Notes: a model not told the origin generated them from the sequence alone. A stretch of 64,000 bases of DNA from Candidatus Latescibacterota bacterium (GCA_965203175.1 OZ241867.1:1536001-1600000), one strand, 5' to 3'. Shown: positions 29,236 to 40,096, counted from the first letter of the stretch. Translations and numbers: made by a program.

Positions 29236-30528
29236 ATGCTGGTTCGCAGAAAGCGGGGCCTCCTTGCCCTGCTAGCTTTTATTTTTCTCGCCATTCCCAA
29301 TGCCACCTTCGCCCAAGACGCGCTCGACACCGGCGACACGGCCTGGATTCTGATTTCTACCGGCTTGGTTCTCTTTATGATGATCCCCGGCTTGGCCATG
29401 TTTTACGCTGGTCTGGTCCGCACCCGCAACGTGCTCTCGGTCTTTATGCACTGCTTTGGGATTGCGGCTCTGATCACGGTCTTGTGGACCATTTTCGGTT
29501 ATAGCTTGGCCTTTACGGCCAGCAACCCCTTCATCGGCAACCTGTCCAAGTCCTTTCTCAGCGGCGTCACTGTGGATAGCCTCTCGGGCACCATCCCGGA
29601 ATTGCTCTTCTTCGTCTTCCAGATGACGTTCGCCATTATCACCCCTGGGCTTTTTGTCGGTGCCTTTGCCGAGCGCATGAAGTTTTCGGCCGTGCTGTGG
29701 TTCACTGGGTTTTGGTGCGTTTTGGTTTATCTGCCCATCACGCACATGGTCTGGGGAGAAGGCGGCTACTTGGGCGCAATGGGCGTCTTTGACTTTGCCG
29801 GCGGCATCGTCGTCCACATCACCGCCGGGGCGGCCGCGTTAGTAGCCGCGATCCTCGTCGGCAAGCGCACCGGCTATCCCGAGCAGCCCATGCCCCCGCA
29901 CAACATGACCATGAACCTCGTCGGTACGGCCATGCTGTGGGTGGGGTGGTTCGGCTTTAACGGCGGCAGTGCCTTGGCGGCTAATGGGCAGGCGGCTATG
30001 GCGGTCGTGGTCACCCAAATCTCGCCCAGCGTTGCGGCGCTGACGTGGATTTTTATCGAATGGATCAAAAACGGCAAACCCAGTGCCCTCGGTTTTGCCA
30101 CCGGCGCCATAGCCGGGCTAGCGGCCATTACCCCGGCCTCGGGCACAGTGGGGCCGCTCGGCGCTTTTGCCATCGGCCTATGCTCCGGTGTCGTCGCCTA
30201 TTGGGCCGCCACCTGGCTCAAGCGCACCTGCGGGTACGACGACGCACTCGACGTAGTGGGGGTTCACGGCTTCGGCGGCTTGGTCGGGATTTTGTTGGTG
30301 TCCTTCTTCGCCTCGACCACCTTGGGCGGCACCGTCGAGGGCCTCAACATGGGCAAGCAGTTCGGCATCCAGGCCTTCGCCGGTATCGGCGCAGCCGTTT
30401 ACACCTTAATCGTCTCGTTTATCATTCTCAAGGTCATCGACTTAGTCAGCGGCCTGCGCGTAGATGAAGAGACCGAGACCAGCGGGCTCGACGTGGGCGA
30501 GCACGGCGAAGTCGGGTACGACCTGTAG
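29236..30528 (+). CDS. amtB: ammonium transporter
   Basis: FQMTFAIIT, DFAGGIVVH, PHN, LWVGWFGFNGGS, DDALDVVGVHG. Confidence 0.96.
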   Translation: MLVRRKRGLLALLAFIFLAIPNATFAQDALDTGDTAWILISTGLVLFMMIPGLAMFYAGLVRTRNVLSVFMHCFGIAALITVLWTIFGYSLAFTASNPFIGNLSKSFLSGVTVDSLSGTIPELLFFVFQMTFAIITPGLFVGAFAERMKFSAVLWFTGFWCVLVYLPITHMVWGEGGYLGAMGVFDFAGGIVVHITAGAAALVAAILVGKRTGYPEQPMPPHNMTMNLVGTAMLWVGWFGFNGGSALAANGQAAMAVVVTQISPSVAALTWIFIEWIKNGKPSALGFATGAIAGLAAITPASGTVGPLGAFAIGLCSGVVAYWAATWLKRTCGYDDALDVVGVHGFGGLVGILLVSFFASTTLGGTVEGLNMGKQFGIQAFAGIGAAVYTLIVSFIILKVIDLVSGLRVDEETETSGLDVGEHGEVGYDL

Positions 30529-30594
30529 TTCGCGGCCCAGTAGTCCGTCGCCAGAATTGGCGACGCATGGCTCGCCGCTTGGATGGGGGCTTCC

Positions 30595-31437
30595 ATGGAT
30601 GCTTCTTGCTTGCAGTACGCGTTGACCGAGGCTGAACGCCTAGAGTTTGCACAGCGCGGCTACATCGTCTTCGACGAGATGCTGCCTCCCAACGTGGTTG
30701 ACGCACTCTTGGAAGTCTCCGACCGAATTGACGCGGAGGAACGCCAAAAGCGCGGCGTCGGGCCCTACGACCGGCTGACCGTCCGCGACATGGTTTGGCG
30801 CGACGAGCGCTACCTAGACTTGGTCGATTGGCCCCGAGCACTGCCCAAAATCTGGGGAACTCTCGGCTGGAATATCCAAATCTACCACACCGTCCTCGCC
30901 TACAGCCCAGCCGCCGAGCCCGGCAACCAGCAAGTCGAGATGCAGGGCTGGCACCAAGACTCGGATCGCGTCAACCACGAGATCGAGTCCAGCCCCCGGC
31001 CGCGGATTTCGGTCAAGATGGCCTATTTCCTCAGCGACTGTTCGGCGGCAGGCCGCGCCAATTTCTGGGTCGTGCCCGGCAGCCATCTGCTGGACGCGTA
31101 TGACATCCCCGACGACGGCTCCTTGCCCCACAACGCCGTCCCCGTGCTGGTACCGCAGGGCGGTGCGGTGCTCTTTGACCGCCGGATCTGGCACTCGGCC
31201 AGTTCCAACGTCTCCGCTGTTGCCCGCAAGGTGCTCTTCTACGGGTACTCCTATCGCTGGCTCCGTCCCCGCGACGACCAGACCGTCGAACACCTTTTTG
31301 AGCGCTCAGACCCGATCCGTCGCCAGCTACTAGGGTACGCGCCCACCGGCGGCTACGGCTACACCTCGCCCACGGATGAGGACGTTCCACTGCGCGTCTT
31401 TCTGCGCCAACATCTCGGGGCCGAAGCCGCAGCCTAA
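30595..31437 (+). CDS. PhyH family dioxygenase (paralog of 59580-60428)
   Basis: WHQDS, VPGSH, FDRRIWH; start chosen from the paralog's MDA.CLQY N-terminus. Confidence 0.9.
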   Translation: MDASCLQYALTEAERLEFAQRGYIVFDEMLPPNVVDALLEVSDRIDAEERQKRGVGPYDRLTVRDMVWRDERYLDLVDWPRALPKIWGTLGWNIQIYHTVLAYSPAAEPGNQQVEMQGWHQDSDRVNHEIESSPRPRISVKMAYFLSDCSAAGRANFWVVPGSHLLDAYDIPDDGSLPHNAVPVLVPQGGAVLFDRRIWHSASSNVSAVARKVLFYGYSYRWLRPRDDQTVEHLFERSDPIRRQLLGYAPTGGYGYTSPTDEDVPLRVFLRQHLGAEAAA

Positions 31438-32450
31438 TGCGGGCGTTGGTCACCGGCGGCACCGGCTTTGTCGGCGGAGCCTTGGTCCGCGCCCTCATCG
31501 CTAGCGGCACCCAAGTCCGAGTGCTGGCGCGGCCCACTAGTCAGACCGAGGCGCTAGAGGCCCTAGGCGTCGAAATCGTCCGCGGCGACATCCTCATCCG
31601 TGCAAGCATCGAAGCCGCGCTCGCAGGTTGCGATACCTTCTTCCACGCTGCGGCGCTCTACGACTTGTGGGGACTAGACGAGGCCGAACTCCTGACCACT
31701 GAAACCGAGGGGACTCGCAATGCCATGGAGGCGGCATTGTCAGTCGGCGTCGCCAAGGTCGTCTATACCAGTACCGCCGCCTGCATTGGCGAGGCCAAAG
31801 GCCAAGTCGCCACCGAGACAACGGTTCATCGCGGCTACTTTCTCTCGCGTTATGAAAAGGCCAAATACGCAGCCGAGCAGGTGGCGTTCGCGTATGTGGA
31901 CAAAGGAGTGCCGCTCATCTGCGTCCAGCCCGCTGCTATCTACGGTCCGGGCGACCGCAAACCCTCTGGGCGCTTTATCATTAACCTGCTCAACGGTTGG
32001 GTACCCGCGCTCTTTTCTGGCTGGATGAGCTTGGTGTACATTGACGACGCGGCTCGGGGACATATTGTGGCGGCTGAAAATGGCCAGATCGGAGAGCGCT
32101 ATATACTCGCGGGCACGGTCGGCAAATTGACCGAACTCGGCCGACTGGTTTGTCGCTTGGCCGGGCGCTGGTCGCCGCCGACCATTCCCGCTCCACTGGC
32201 CGCGCCCTACGCGCTCGGCGGCGAGGCCCTGTCGCGCCTGACCCGCAGACCGCCGGTCCTGTCGTGGGAAACCTACCGCCTCGCCGCGCACGGCTTCCGC
32301 GCCGACGGCAGCCGTGCCACCGAGGAGTTGGGCCTAGCCTACGCGGACCAAAAGGAAGGATTGACGCAGACGATCAACTGGTACTGGGAACAAGGCTTGC
32401 TTAGACGCCGACCAGCCTGTTTCCGCGATTCGCAATTTGCCGACAGATGA
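31437..32450 (+). CDS. NAD-dependent epimerase/dehydratase (HpnA/DFR-like extended SDR)
   Basis: VTGGTGFVG, YEKAK (YxxxK), IYGPGD. Confidence 0.88.
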   Translation: MRALVTGGTGFVGGALVRALIASGTQVRVLARPTSQTEALEALGVEIVRGDILIRASIEAALAGCDTFFHAAALYDLWGLDEAELLTTETEGTRNAMEAALSVGVAKVVYTSTAACIGEAKGQVATETTVHRGYFLSRYEKAKYAAEQVAFAYVDKGVPLICVQPAAIYGPGDRKPSGRFIINLLNGWVPALFSGWMSLVYIDDAARGHIVAAENGQIGERYILAGTVGKLTELGRLVCRLAGRWSPPTIPAPLAAPYALGGEALSRLTRRPPVLSWETYRLAAHGFRADGSRATEELGLAYADQKEGLTQTINWYWEQGLLRRRPACFRDSQFADR

Positions 32451-33523
32451 GAGCTGAATTGCCCATACCGCTCCCGCGGATCACTTGGCGGGGTGTCGCC
32501 CTGGCCAGCGTGGGCTGGATCCTCTACTCCCTCGCCTTCGCCACGTATTATGCACAGATGGTGCAAATCTCCTTCCCGATGGCAGTTTTCCACCAACTCC
32601 ACGGCAACGCGATACTGGCCCTGCTCAGCATTCCCGTCTGGCTTTTGACGGTCCGCCGGATGGATCGGATGGGCTGGGGTTGGAAAATCGCCGTTCACGC
32701 GCTCATCGCCCCTCTTTATGCGGTATGCGGCTTTGAAGCAATTGTTTGGTGGGTCCAGCTAATGGCTGGGACGACTGGGGCTCAGCAGATGCGCAACTTC
32801 ACCCAATGGACCCTGCTGGGCTTTTTCTTTGTTTACCTTGTGCAGTTTTCCTTTTACCACACCGTGCGTTCGGCCCAGAAGCTACGCTGGCGCGAGCGAC
32901 AGGCCGCCGAATTGCTCGCTCTCACCCGCGAGCAAGAACTGGCCATTCTCAAAGCCCAACTCAATCCCCACTTTCTCTTTAATACCCTCAACGGCATCAG
33001 TGCAATGGTCTCCCGCGATCCAGAGGAGGCGCGCCGCATGATCGCCCGCCTGGCCGAACTCCTGCGCTACGCCACCGACAGCTCCGAACAACCGCTGGTC
33101 CCATTGCGCGAAGAAGTAGCGTTTACCCAAGCCTATGTGCAGTTAGAGCAGAAACGCCTAGCCGAACGGCTAAGCGTCGAACTAGACATCGACTCCGAAG
33201 CCCTCGACGCTCCCATACCGCCAATGATCCTCCAAGCTCTAGTGGAAAACGCCATCAAGCACGGCATTGCTCCCGCGCCGGAAGGGGGCAAACTGCTCGT
33301 CCAGATTCGGGCTGCTAAGGAGCTTTTGCGGATCGTCGTGCGCGATACGGGGATCGGTGTAAACGGCCGGTCGCTGGAGGAGTTGAAAGCGCTGGGAACC
33401 GGCTTGAAAAACAGCGATGAACGCCTGCTACATCTCTTTGGCGAAGAGGCTCAGCTCAGGTTACAGACGCCTGCTGACGGCGGTTTCCAAGTCGATTTTT
33501 CCCTGCCCTTGGAGCCGCAGTAA
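32447..33523 (+). CDS. LytS-like sensor histidine kinase
   Basis: N-terminal TM helices; LKAQLNPHFLFNTLN, LQALVENAIKHG, GTGLKN. Confidence 0.93.
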   Translation: MRAELPIPLPRITWRGVALASVGWILYSLAFATYYAQMVQISFPMAVFHQLHGNAILALLSIPVWLLTVRRMDRMGWGWKIAVHALIAPLYAVCGFEAIVWWVQLMAGTTGAQQMRNFTQWTLLGFFFVYLVQFSFYHTVRSAQKLRWRERQAAELLALTREQELAILKAQLNPHFLFNTLNGISAMVSRDPEEARRMIARLAELLRYATDSSEQPLVPLREEVAFTQAYVQLEQKRLAERLSVELDIDSEALDAPIPPMILQALVENAIKHGIAPAPEGGKLLVQIRAAKELLRIVVRDTGIGVNGRSLEELKALGTGLKNSDERLLHLFGEEAQLRLQTPADGGFQVDFSLPLEPQ

Positions 33524-34245
33524 TGAGAGCCCTCATCGTCGACGACGAACCCCTTGCCCGCCAGTTGATCCGCGAATATCTGGCCGATTTCCCCCAGATC
33601 CAAGTGCTGGCCGAATGCGGCGACGGAGGAAACGCGGTAAAAACCATAAACGCCGAACGGCCCGACCTAGTCTTCCTCGATGTGCAAATGCCAGGGCTCT
33701 CTGGTTTCGAAGTCCTGGGCCACCTCGACTTCATGCCCGCCATCATTTTTTCTACCGCCTATGACAAGTTTGCTCTGCGCGCCTTTGAGATCAACGCCGT
33801 CGATTACTTGCTCAAACCCTACGCACGGGAGCGCTTCGCCCAAGCCGTACGCCGAGCATTGGAGCGCAAGGGAAGCATCAACCTCGATTCCTTCCAGGGC
33901 CTGTTGCGGCAAACGACCACCCAAGACCGCTTCCTCGTTCGCGTCGGCCGCCAGATCGTTCCGGTGGCGACGGAGGATATTCTGTGGATCGAGGCCGCCG
34001 GGGACTACGCCAAGCTGCACGCCACCGACAAAAGCCACCTGTGCGGCGCGGGGCTAGGCGATTTAGAAAAAAAGCTCGATCCGCGCCGCTTCCTGCGCGT
34101 CCACCGCTCCGCCATCGTCGCCGTAAACGCGATCGCGCACCTTGAAAGCGACGGCGAAGGCGGTTATGTCGCCACGCTTAAAAACGGTGCGCAAGTGCGG
34201 GTCAGCCGATCCCGCGCCGACCAGATACGGCACCTCATCGTCTGA
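33523..34245 (+). CDS. LytTR family response regulator
   Basis: IVDDEPLAR, FLDVQMP, DYLLKP, FLRVHRS, VSRS. Confidence 0.95.
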   Translation: MRALIVDDEPLARQLIREYLADFPQIQVLAECGDGGNAVKTINAERPDLVFLDVQMPGLSGFEVLGHLDFMPAIIFSTAYDKFALRAFEINAVDYLLKPYARERFAQAVRRALERKGSINLDSFQGLLRQTTTQDRFLVRVGRQIVPVATEDILWIEAAGDYAKLHATDKSHLCGAGLGDLEKKLDPRRFLRVHRSAIVAVNAIAHLESDGEGGYVATLKNGAQVRVSRSRADQIRHLIV

Positions 34246-34273
34246 CATTTTTCTCGTCGAGCCTCGCCAAAAA

Positions 34274-36289
34274 TTAGTCAGCCAAATACACCACGCTCAG
34301 CCCATAGACGATCAAACTCGGCACCTCAAAATACACTCGTCCGGCGCGCCTGTGATGCGGCAAAACCACGGCCTCCTCTCGCTCCGGATAGAGCCATTCA
34401 ACCCGCTCCACCCTTTGCCCTTCCGGTACCGCCAGCCTCACCTGCAGCGGCCCGACGGGCTGCGGCACCTCGATATCGCTGCTCTCATCCTGGCGATAGT
34501 TGACCCAGTGCAAGACCACTGCCTCGATTCCGTCCGGTCGCCAAGCCCGCACCCGCACGAACCACGGCGCGTCCGTCTCCAGCCACGCCGCCCCGAGCAA
34601 ATCCTTCAAGCCCTTGAGGAATTGCCGTCCCAACGCGTCCCGCTGGGCCACCGGATAGACCGGAACCTCCTGCTCGGGGCGCAGCGCCACTTTTTCCGGC
34701 CCCCATGTCCGTTTGCCCAAGTACTGCACCCCTGCCGGTGCCTCGCTCCGCCAGTCGGCCAACAAGCCCGCTGCATGCGGCGTCCCGTCCACATCCAAAT
34801 CCCCAGTCGCACCGGCGAACACCACCTTGCCGCCGTCGGCCACATAGCGCCGCAAAAAAGCACCCTCGGCCGCTGTCAGACGCTCGATTCCGGGCAGCAC
34901 CAGCGCCGCGTACCCATCGCCCTTGGCCACCAATTGGGCCTCCAAGAGCATGTCGAACAACACGTGGCCATCCTCCATATAGCGCCCCAATTGCTTGAGC
35001 GGCTCCACGCAGTCCGCCTCCTGCTCCAGCTCGGCCCGGCGCGGGTACACCAAGCCCACCTGCGACCAAGGACGGGCCGGATGGATCAATTCCTGGTGAT
35101 CGGCCAAAAAACGCTGATAGCGACACACCGGCCCCATGTAATCGTCCAGGGCGTAATCGCTATTGGCGTCCTGGCCCCAGTGAAAGGCCAGTGCCGCGCT
35201 GTGGTTGGCTCCCGCCTCGGCGATGGACAGGCGCAAACGGTGGCCGTCGTACTTGTTGAGGACCATGGGCTTGCCCCCACTCATGGCGTACGCATAGCGC
35301 GCTGACAAGCCCGTATCGCCCAGGTGCCCCTGGGCCACATTGCTGAAGTTCTTGTTGCCGCCCTGGCTGTACCAGATATAATCCTCGCCCCGGGCCCAAT
35401 CCTCATCCGGCAACAGACAGCGCTCGTCCCAGGCCGACAGCTCGTATTTGTGGTACCACTGGGCCAGTAGCAAATCCGGCTTGAGGGCGCGGCCGTAGTC
35501 CACGAACAACTCGTCGAAGAATTCCTTGCGCCGCCGGTACACCAACTGAGCCAGCAAGCGCTCGATCCGCTGGCGCAAATCTCGCGGTGCCGCAGCGCGC
35601 ACGGCTATAGGGGCGCTGTATTCGGCCGTGGCCGGCGGCCCGGCTGGATCGAGCCCGCGCTGCAGTTCGTCGTCGCTGAATTCCTGGGCCAAATGCTCCA
35701 TCAAATAGTGGCGGCAATGGGCGCACTGGCAGAATTGCTCGAAGTTGTGGTGCGCATTAAAGCCGTCCATGCCCAGTTCAATGGCCTTTTTGACCATGGG
35801 CTTCAACAAAGCCAGCCAATGGGGATTGCACATACACCCGCTATAAGTCCGGTACGGCCTACCCTCTATGGGCCAGCAGCGCAGTTTTCCGCCGACTGTG
35901 CGCTGTAGGGCCGCAGCCACCTCATCGCAGGGGGGCGGTCCCAATAAATCCTCGGTCCAGATCCGCGCCCAATTGCCAAACAGCCCCTTGCCCGTCTCGT
36001 GATCGCCATAGATCCAGCCCATGCTCAACTGCCCCACCACCTTAGCTCCAGCCTCTTGGACGCGCGGGATGAGATCGCCAGCCAGGGCCAGATTCTCCTC
36101 AATGCCAATGCGGGGCATGCCCGCCCAACTGCGCTCGATCTCTGCATCGTCGGCTAGGCCGTAGAACATGGGGCCGTACGTCCCCATCTGCACCAACTGC
36201 ACCCGACCCCGCCGCACGTGCTCGACCAAATCTAGCCGCTGCGGCACCGTCCAGTGCTCGGCCATCCTGTTAAACCAGAATTCCGCCAT
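34274..36289 (-). CDS. hypothetical glycoside hydrolase-like protein with beta-galactosidase trimerisation-like C-terminal region
   Basis: CMCNPHW...GMDG...CQCAHC TIM-barrel pattern; YAALVLPG...LRRYVADGGKV; HWVNY. Confidence 0.55.
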   Translation of the reverse strand: MAEFWFNRMAEHWTVPQRLDLVEHVRRGRVQLVQMGTYGPMFYGLADDAEIERSWAGMPRIGIEENLALAGDLIPRVQEAGAKVVGQLSMGWIYGDHETGKGLFGNWARIWTEDLLGPPPCDEVAAALQRTVGGKLRCWPIEGRPYRTYSGCMCNPHWLALLKPMVKKAIELGMDGFNAHHNFEQFCQCAHCRHYLMEHLAQEFSDDELQRGLDPAGPPATAEYSAPIAVRAAAPRDLRQRIERLLAQLVYRRRKEFFDELFVDYGRALKPDLLLAQWYHKYELSAWDERCLLPDEDWARGEDYIWYSQGGNKNFSNVAQGHLGDTGLSARYAYAMSGGKPMVLNKYDGHRLRLSIAEAGANHSAALAFHWGQDANSDYALDDYMGPVCRYQRFLADHQELIHPARPWSQVGLVYPRRAELEQEADCVEPLKQLGRYMEDGHVLFDMLLEAQLVAKGDGYAALVLPGIERLTAAEGAFLRRYVADGGKVVFAGATGDLDVDGTPHAAGLLADWRSEAPAGVQYLGKRTWGPEKVALRPEQEVPVYPVAQRDALGRQFLKGLKDLLGAAWLETDAPWFVRVRAWRPDGIEAVVLHWVNYRQDESSDIEVPQPVGPLQVRLAVPEGQRVERVEWLYPEREEAVVLPHHRRAGRVYFEVPSLIVYGLSVVYLAD

Positions 36290-36340
36290 TCTATTTCCTC
36301 TGTGCCGTGCCCGGCTCGGAAGGGTGCCTCGGCATAGCGG

Positions 36341-36366
36341 CTTACCGCAGTAGCAGCATCCGTCGA
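36341..36366 (-). repeat. direct repeat C, copy 1 (3' end of the GH16-like gene)
   Basis: 23/26 identical to 42161-42186. Confidence 0.7.
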
Positions 36367-37784
36367 ACGAACGCGTTCTGGCCAACTAGGAGGCGGGCTA
36401 CGTAGACCCCGCTCGCCAGGGGCACTCCTCTGTTATTCACTCCTGACCAGCGGACCAAATGCTCTCCCGCTGATCGACCCTCGTCCAGCAGAGTCGCCAC
36501 GCGCTGTCCCGTAATGTTGTAGATGCTCAGACGAACGTGCGCTGGCGTTGGGACGCTGTAGCGCAAGGCAGTGACTGCATTGAAGGGGTTGGGGTAGTTC
36601 GCCAGCGAGATCGCTGTGGGAGTGGCATCGCGCTCGTCGGCAATCGCCGTCTCCATTGGTGCCAGTGGTTCAAAGCTGAAAGAGGTGACGACAACCTCGA
36701 CGTCGCGACCATCGGCCGGTGCCTCTCCATTCAGGAGCCACAGATTCATCCGCACTTGCTCGGCTCCGGTTTCCGGGACGCGATCTCCATGGAAAGACCA
36801 GCGCTGCTCAATGGACTCGCCGGTTCCTTGGGCGATGCTCGCGAAGTCAATGCGGCCTGGCACCCAGGTGAAGGCATGGATCGATTCGCGATCTCCGTAG
36901 CGGGCATCGAATTGGTAGCGATGCCCCGGGAGCGTGTATGGCTGAACGGCGAACTGAGCATTCGGCCCGCCGGCAACTCCCCAGTAGGACAGCTCAATGT
37001 CTATCTCGCGATAACTCTGCTGGGACGCCAAGTCGTCCCACGTGAAGAACCCGAACACTACGCGGGGATCGAACTCCTCGGCGGCAGCGCGCAGCGCAAT
37101 GCGATAGGTCCCGTAGCCAAAGGTCTTGTCGGAGATGACTTCGGTCGCCTGCCAGCCCTCTGCGCGCTGCGCCAGTGTGAGATGGAGACCCTCTCCATCG
37201 ACCCAAACAGCATCGCCTCCGTCGGTGAAGTGATTGGGGCCAGGACCCAAGGGAGCGGAACCGGTCTTTACGTGCCACTGGAGGCCAGCAAAGTCGATGC
37301 GTCGACGATAGGTGCGTACCACCTGAGCCCTGTCGAGAACAGATTGAGACAACGCGGTCGGAAACTCACTCTCACCTCGCATCAGGGGAGGAGAGTCGTC
37401 GGCAGAGATCAGAAACGCGACAATGCGGGTCGCCTCGTGGTCGAGTCCCCCGGTGGTGATATCGCACGTCCAAGTGCCGTCCGGTTCAATGACGGTTGCC
37501 GGTTCGGCGAACGTCGGCTTGGTCCACCAACCACCGCCAACGTGGATGTAGACGGCCACCCGATGGGCCGCGGGCTCGACCTCATGTACTCTTCCTCCGA
37601 GAAGGAGCTCCCTATCTCCCCAAACCGGGATCTCCGTCACCGCAATCGCCTGCCCCTGCTGAACCCTAAGAGAGGGATGCTCTGGAGGTGCTGGTGCTGC
37701 GACGCGAACCAAAGCCAGAACCAGAATGCCAACTTGAAAGACGGCAATGCGCAACAGAGGGTTGTAGGCTGTTTTGCGCTTCAT
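36342..37784 (-). CDS. secreted GH16-like glycoside hydrolase with FlgD/T9SS-type C-terminal domain
   Basis: REIDIELS (ExDxE), GYGTY, MNLWL; C-terminal NYPNPFN...IYNITGQRV...LASGVY...RRMLLLR. Confidence 0.8.
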   Translation of the reverse strand: MKRKTAYNPLLRIAVFQVGILVLALVRVAAPAPPEHPSLRVQQGQAIAVTEIPVWGDRELLLGGRVHEVEPAAHRVAVYIHVGGGWWTKPTFAEPATVIEPDGTWTCDITTGGLDHEATRIVAFLISADDSPPLMRGESEFPTALSQSVLDRAQVVRTYRRRIDFAGLQWHVKTGSAPLGPGPNHFTDGGDAVWVDGEGLHLTLAQRAEGWQATEVISDKTFGYGTYRIALRAAAEEFDPRVVFGFFTWDDLASQQSYREIDIELSYWGVAGGPNAQFAVQPYTLPGHRYQFDARYGDRESIHAFTWVPGRIDFASIAQGTGESIEQRWSFHGDRVPETGAEQVRMNLWLLNGEAPADGRDVEVVVTSFSFEPLAPMETAIADERDATPTAISLANYPNPFNAVTALRYSVPTPAHVRLSIYNITGQRVATLLDEGRSAGEHLVRWSGVNNRGVPLASGVYVARLLVGQNAFVRRMLLLR

Positions 37785-37831
37785 ATTGCACCGAGGCCGA
37801 ATTCCGTCAGAGCAGGCGTGCAAAAGCTGGC

Positions 37832-40096
37832 CTAACGGCTCCCGTCGGCACCGCGCAGTGCCTCGATGCGCCATGCGAACTCTTCCTCCAGCTGGGAGTC
37901 GCTTCTCCCTCCCAGTTTGACAAACTGGATATAGCCGTCGCCATCGACAAACCAAGTCGTGGGCCAACCCTTGATGTCGGCCGTTTGCACGTATCCGTCG
38001 TCCATTAATACGGTGAAATCGTATTCGTTCTCTACCATGTACTTATCGACCTCGTCGCGCGACTTGTCGTTGCTGATGGAAATCACTTCTACTTCGGGAT
38101 CGTCGAGATAGCGCGCGTGGAACTTCTGATACTCGGGCAGCTCTGCAACACAGGGGCCACACCAAGTCCCCCAAAAGTGAAGAACGGCAATCTTGCCCTT
38201 CAGATCGGCAGAATCGACGAGTTCTCCGTCGAGCTTGGGGAGGGCGAACGGTTCGTAGGTGCGAGCCGTATCGAGCCGTGATTCCAAAATCCGCTCGCGT
38301 CTTCGGGACCTTTCCCGCTCGCTAAACACGGCGAGATACTCGTCGAGCCCTTCGCGCGAGCCGTGCCGGCGCTCGTACAGCGCTTCTAGCGCCTCTTGGC
38401 AGGGATTTTCACCCCAACTTCTGGCCTCAAAACCGGCGATGTAGGACTCCTCAGCCTTGTCGAGCCAGTTGCGGACTGCCTCGGCTACATCCCGAGTCTC
38501 CTCCTCAGTCCTCAAAACGATGGTCTTGGAATCTCGCTCTTGAAGAGCCGCCTCGGCCTCGGTCGCCATGTGCTCGAACACTTGGCCTAAATGGTAGAGA
38601 GCACTGGCGTTTCTCTCCGAGAGCTTCAGCGCCTGCTCGATCTCGTTGCGGCCTTCCTCAATACGACCTGCCTTGTAGCTAGCCCACCCGATGGCGTCGT
38701 GGACGAGGCTCAAGTAGTAGTTAAGGCGACCCTCTTTCCACTCTTCCTCTTCGGCCCTATCCATTATGGCTTGTATGCCACTCCGAGCGAGTTCGGCCGC
38801 CTCTTCGGCGTATGGCGTGTGGTCGGCCATCGAGATAGGAGCTATGGCGTACGTTAGGTGCGGGTTGTCTCGCTCGTAGCGGACCAAGCCGCGAACCGCA
38901 TCGGCGAGCTCCTCGGCCGGAACCGGCTTCATGGCTTCGAGGGTTTCGAAGAGCGTTAGGTACGCCCGCTCGCGTAAGCTATCGTCGTAGAGGGGTTTCT
39001 CTAAGAACCGAGAGACCGCATCGCGGACGAGGCGGAGTTGGTCGCGGTACTCCTGCGAGTCCTCGCCATGCTCGCGCTCGATGCGGTCAAGCTCGGGCTG
39101 TAATCGTTGGTACTCTTGCTGGTAGACCCACGACGCCTGTCTACTCTCGGGAGCCAGCGCCAGCAGCTTCGCTTCAAACTCCGCCGCTTTCTCTTCGTCC
39201 TCTAGGAAGTCGCTATAGACCGTGGCGAGCATGGTTAGGCCGTGTACAGCCTCCGGCACGGCCTTCCGGTACTCGGCAATGCCAGCCTCAATGGCGGGGC
39301 GTCGTTCCTCGGCGGGGAGCAGATCCGTCTCATTGAGAATCTTCCAATGCCAGTAGCGCACATCGGCAGAGCCCGGGGCGAGGCGCACCGCTTCTTCGAT
39401 CATAGCGAGTGCCTCCTGTGGCTTATTGGCCCGGTATAGATATTCCGCGGCGCGCCGGTAGCCGCTGACGTGATCGGGCCAACGCTCTCGCAGCAGGGCC
39501 AAGGTAGCAAGACTCGTATCCGCATAGGCGGGATCCTCTAGTGCGTAACGTGCCCAGTACTCGAGTTCCGCGCGGGCATGGAGGACCTCGGGATGGTGGA
39601 GTGTCGCCTCATCCACTGAGTCCAGAAATGCCAGCCCCTCTTCCACGCTTTTAGACTTAAGCGCCTGAAGATGCGTCGCGGCGAACTCCGGATGGGGCAG
39701 CAGCCTCCAAGCGCGCAGGCTGGGCACAGCCGCCTCGGAATGTTTCCAGTCTGCCAGAAACGCTAGCGCCTGTGCGTAGAGTCCCCACGGGTTATCCGGC
39801 TCCCGTTCCAAGATCGCGTCGGCTTGCTCTTGGATCTCTTTATGCCCGTAGATCTGCCCGTGCAACTGACGCGCGTAGAGCGCCCGTAACTCAGCGTTCT
39901 CGGGCGCGCGGTCCAACCATTTCCGGGCGAGTATAGCTCCCGCTTCGAACGACCACAGCCGATTATGCACCCGCAGCTTCGCTTTCGCTGCTTCCAGCTC
40001 TTGGGACGAGTAGTGCCGCTCGGTTCCGCAGCTAGCACAGACGACGAGAACGACTAGGGAACCGGAGATCAAACGGATTGGGAATTGATATAACAC
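37832..40096 (-). CDS. TPR-repeat lipoprotein with C-terminal TlpA/thioredoxin domain (copy 1)
   Basis: GGGAGG then GTG; VCASC lipobox; TPR-like helices; FWGTWCGPC...PTTWFVD. Confidence 0.85.
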   Translation of the reverse strand: MLYQFPIRLISGSLVVLVVCASCGTERHYSSQELEAAKAKLRVHNRLWSFEAGAILARKWLDRAPENAELRALYARQLHGQIYGHKEIQEQADAILEREPDNPWGLYAQALAFLADWKHSEAAVPSLRAWRLLPHPEFAATHLQALKSKSVEEGLAFLDSVDEATLHHPEVLHARAELEYWARYALEDPAYADTSLATLALLRERWPDHVSGYRRAAEYLYRANKPQEALAMIEEAVRLAPGSADVRYWHWKILNETDLLPAEERRPAIEAGIAEYRKAVPEAVHGLTMLATVYSDFLEDEEKAAEFEAKLLALAPESRQASWVYQQEYQRLQPELDRIEREHGEDSQEYRDQLRLVRDAVSRFLEKPLYDDSLRERAYLTLFETLEAMKPVPAEELADAVRGLVRYERDNPHLTYAIAPISMADHTPYAEEAAELARSGIQAIMDRAEEEEWKEGRLNYYLSLVHDAIGWASYKAGRIEEGRNEIEQALKLSERNASALYHLGQVFEHMATEAEAALQERDSKTIVLRTEEETRDVAEAVRNWLDKAEESYIAGFEARSWGENPCQEALEALYERRHGSREGLDEYLAVFSERERSRRRERILESRLDTARTYEPFALPKLDGELVDSADLKGKIAVLHFWGTWCGPCVAELPEYQKFHARYLDDPEVEVISISNDKSRDEVDKYMVENEYDFTVLMDDGYVQTADIKGWPTTWFVDGDGYIQFVKLGGRSDSQLEEEFAWRIEALRGADGSR

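Noticed and set aside
34142-37835. Long antisense ORFs (34142-35305 and 36537-37835 on the plus strand) and many similar shadow ORFs elsewhere
   Set aside because: They overlap well-supported genes on the opposite strand and have no motifs; such ORFs are expected in high-GC DNA.
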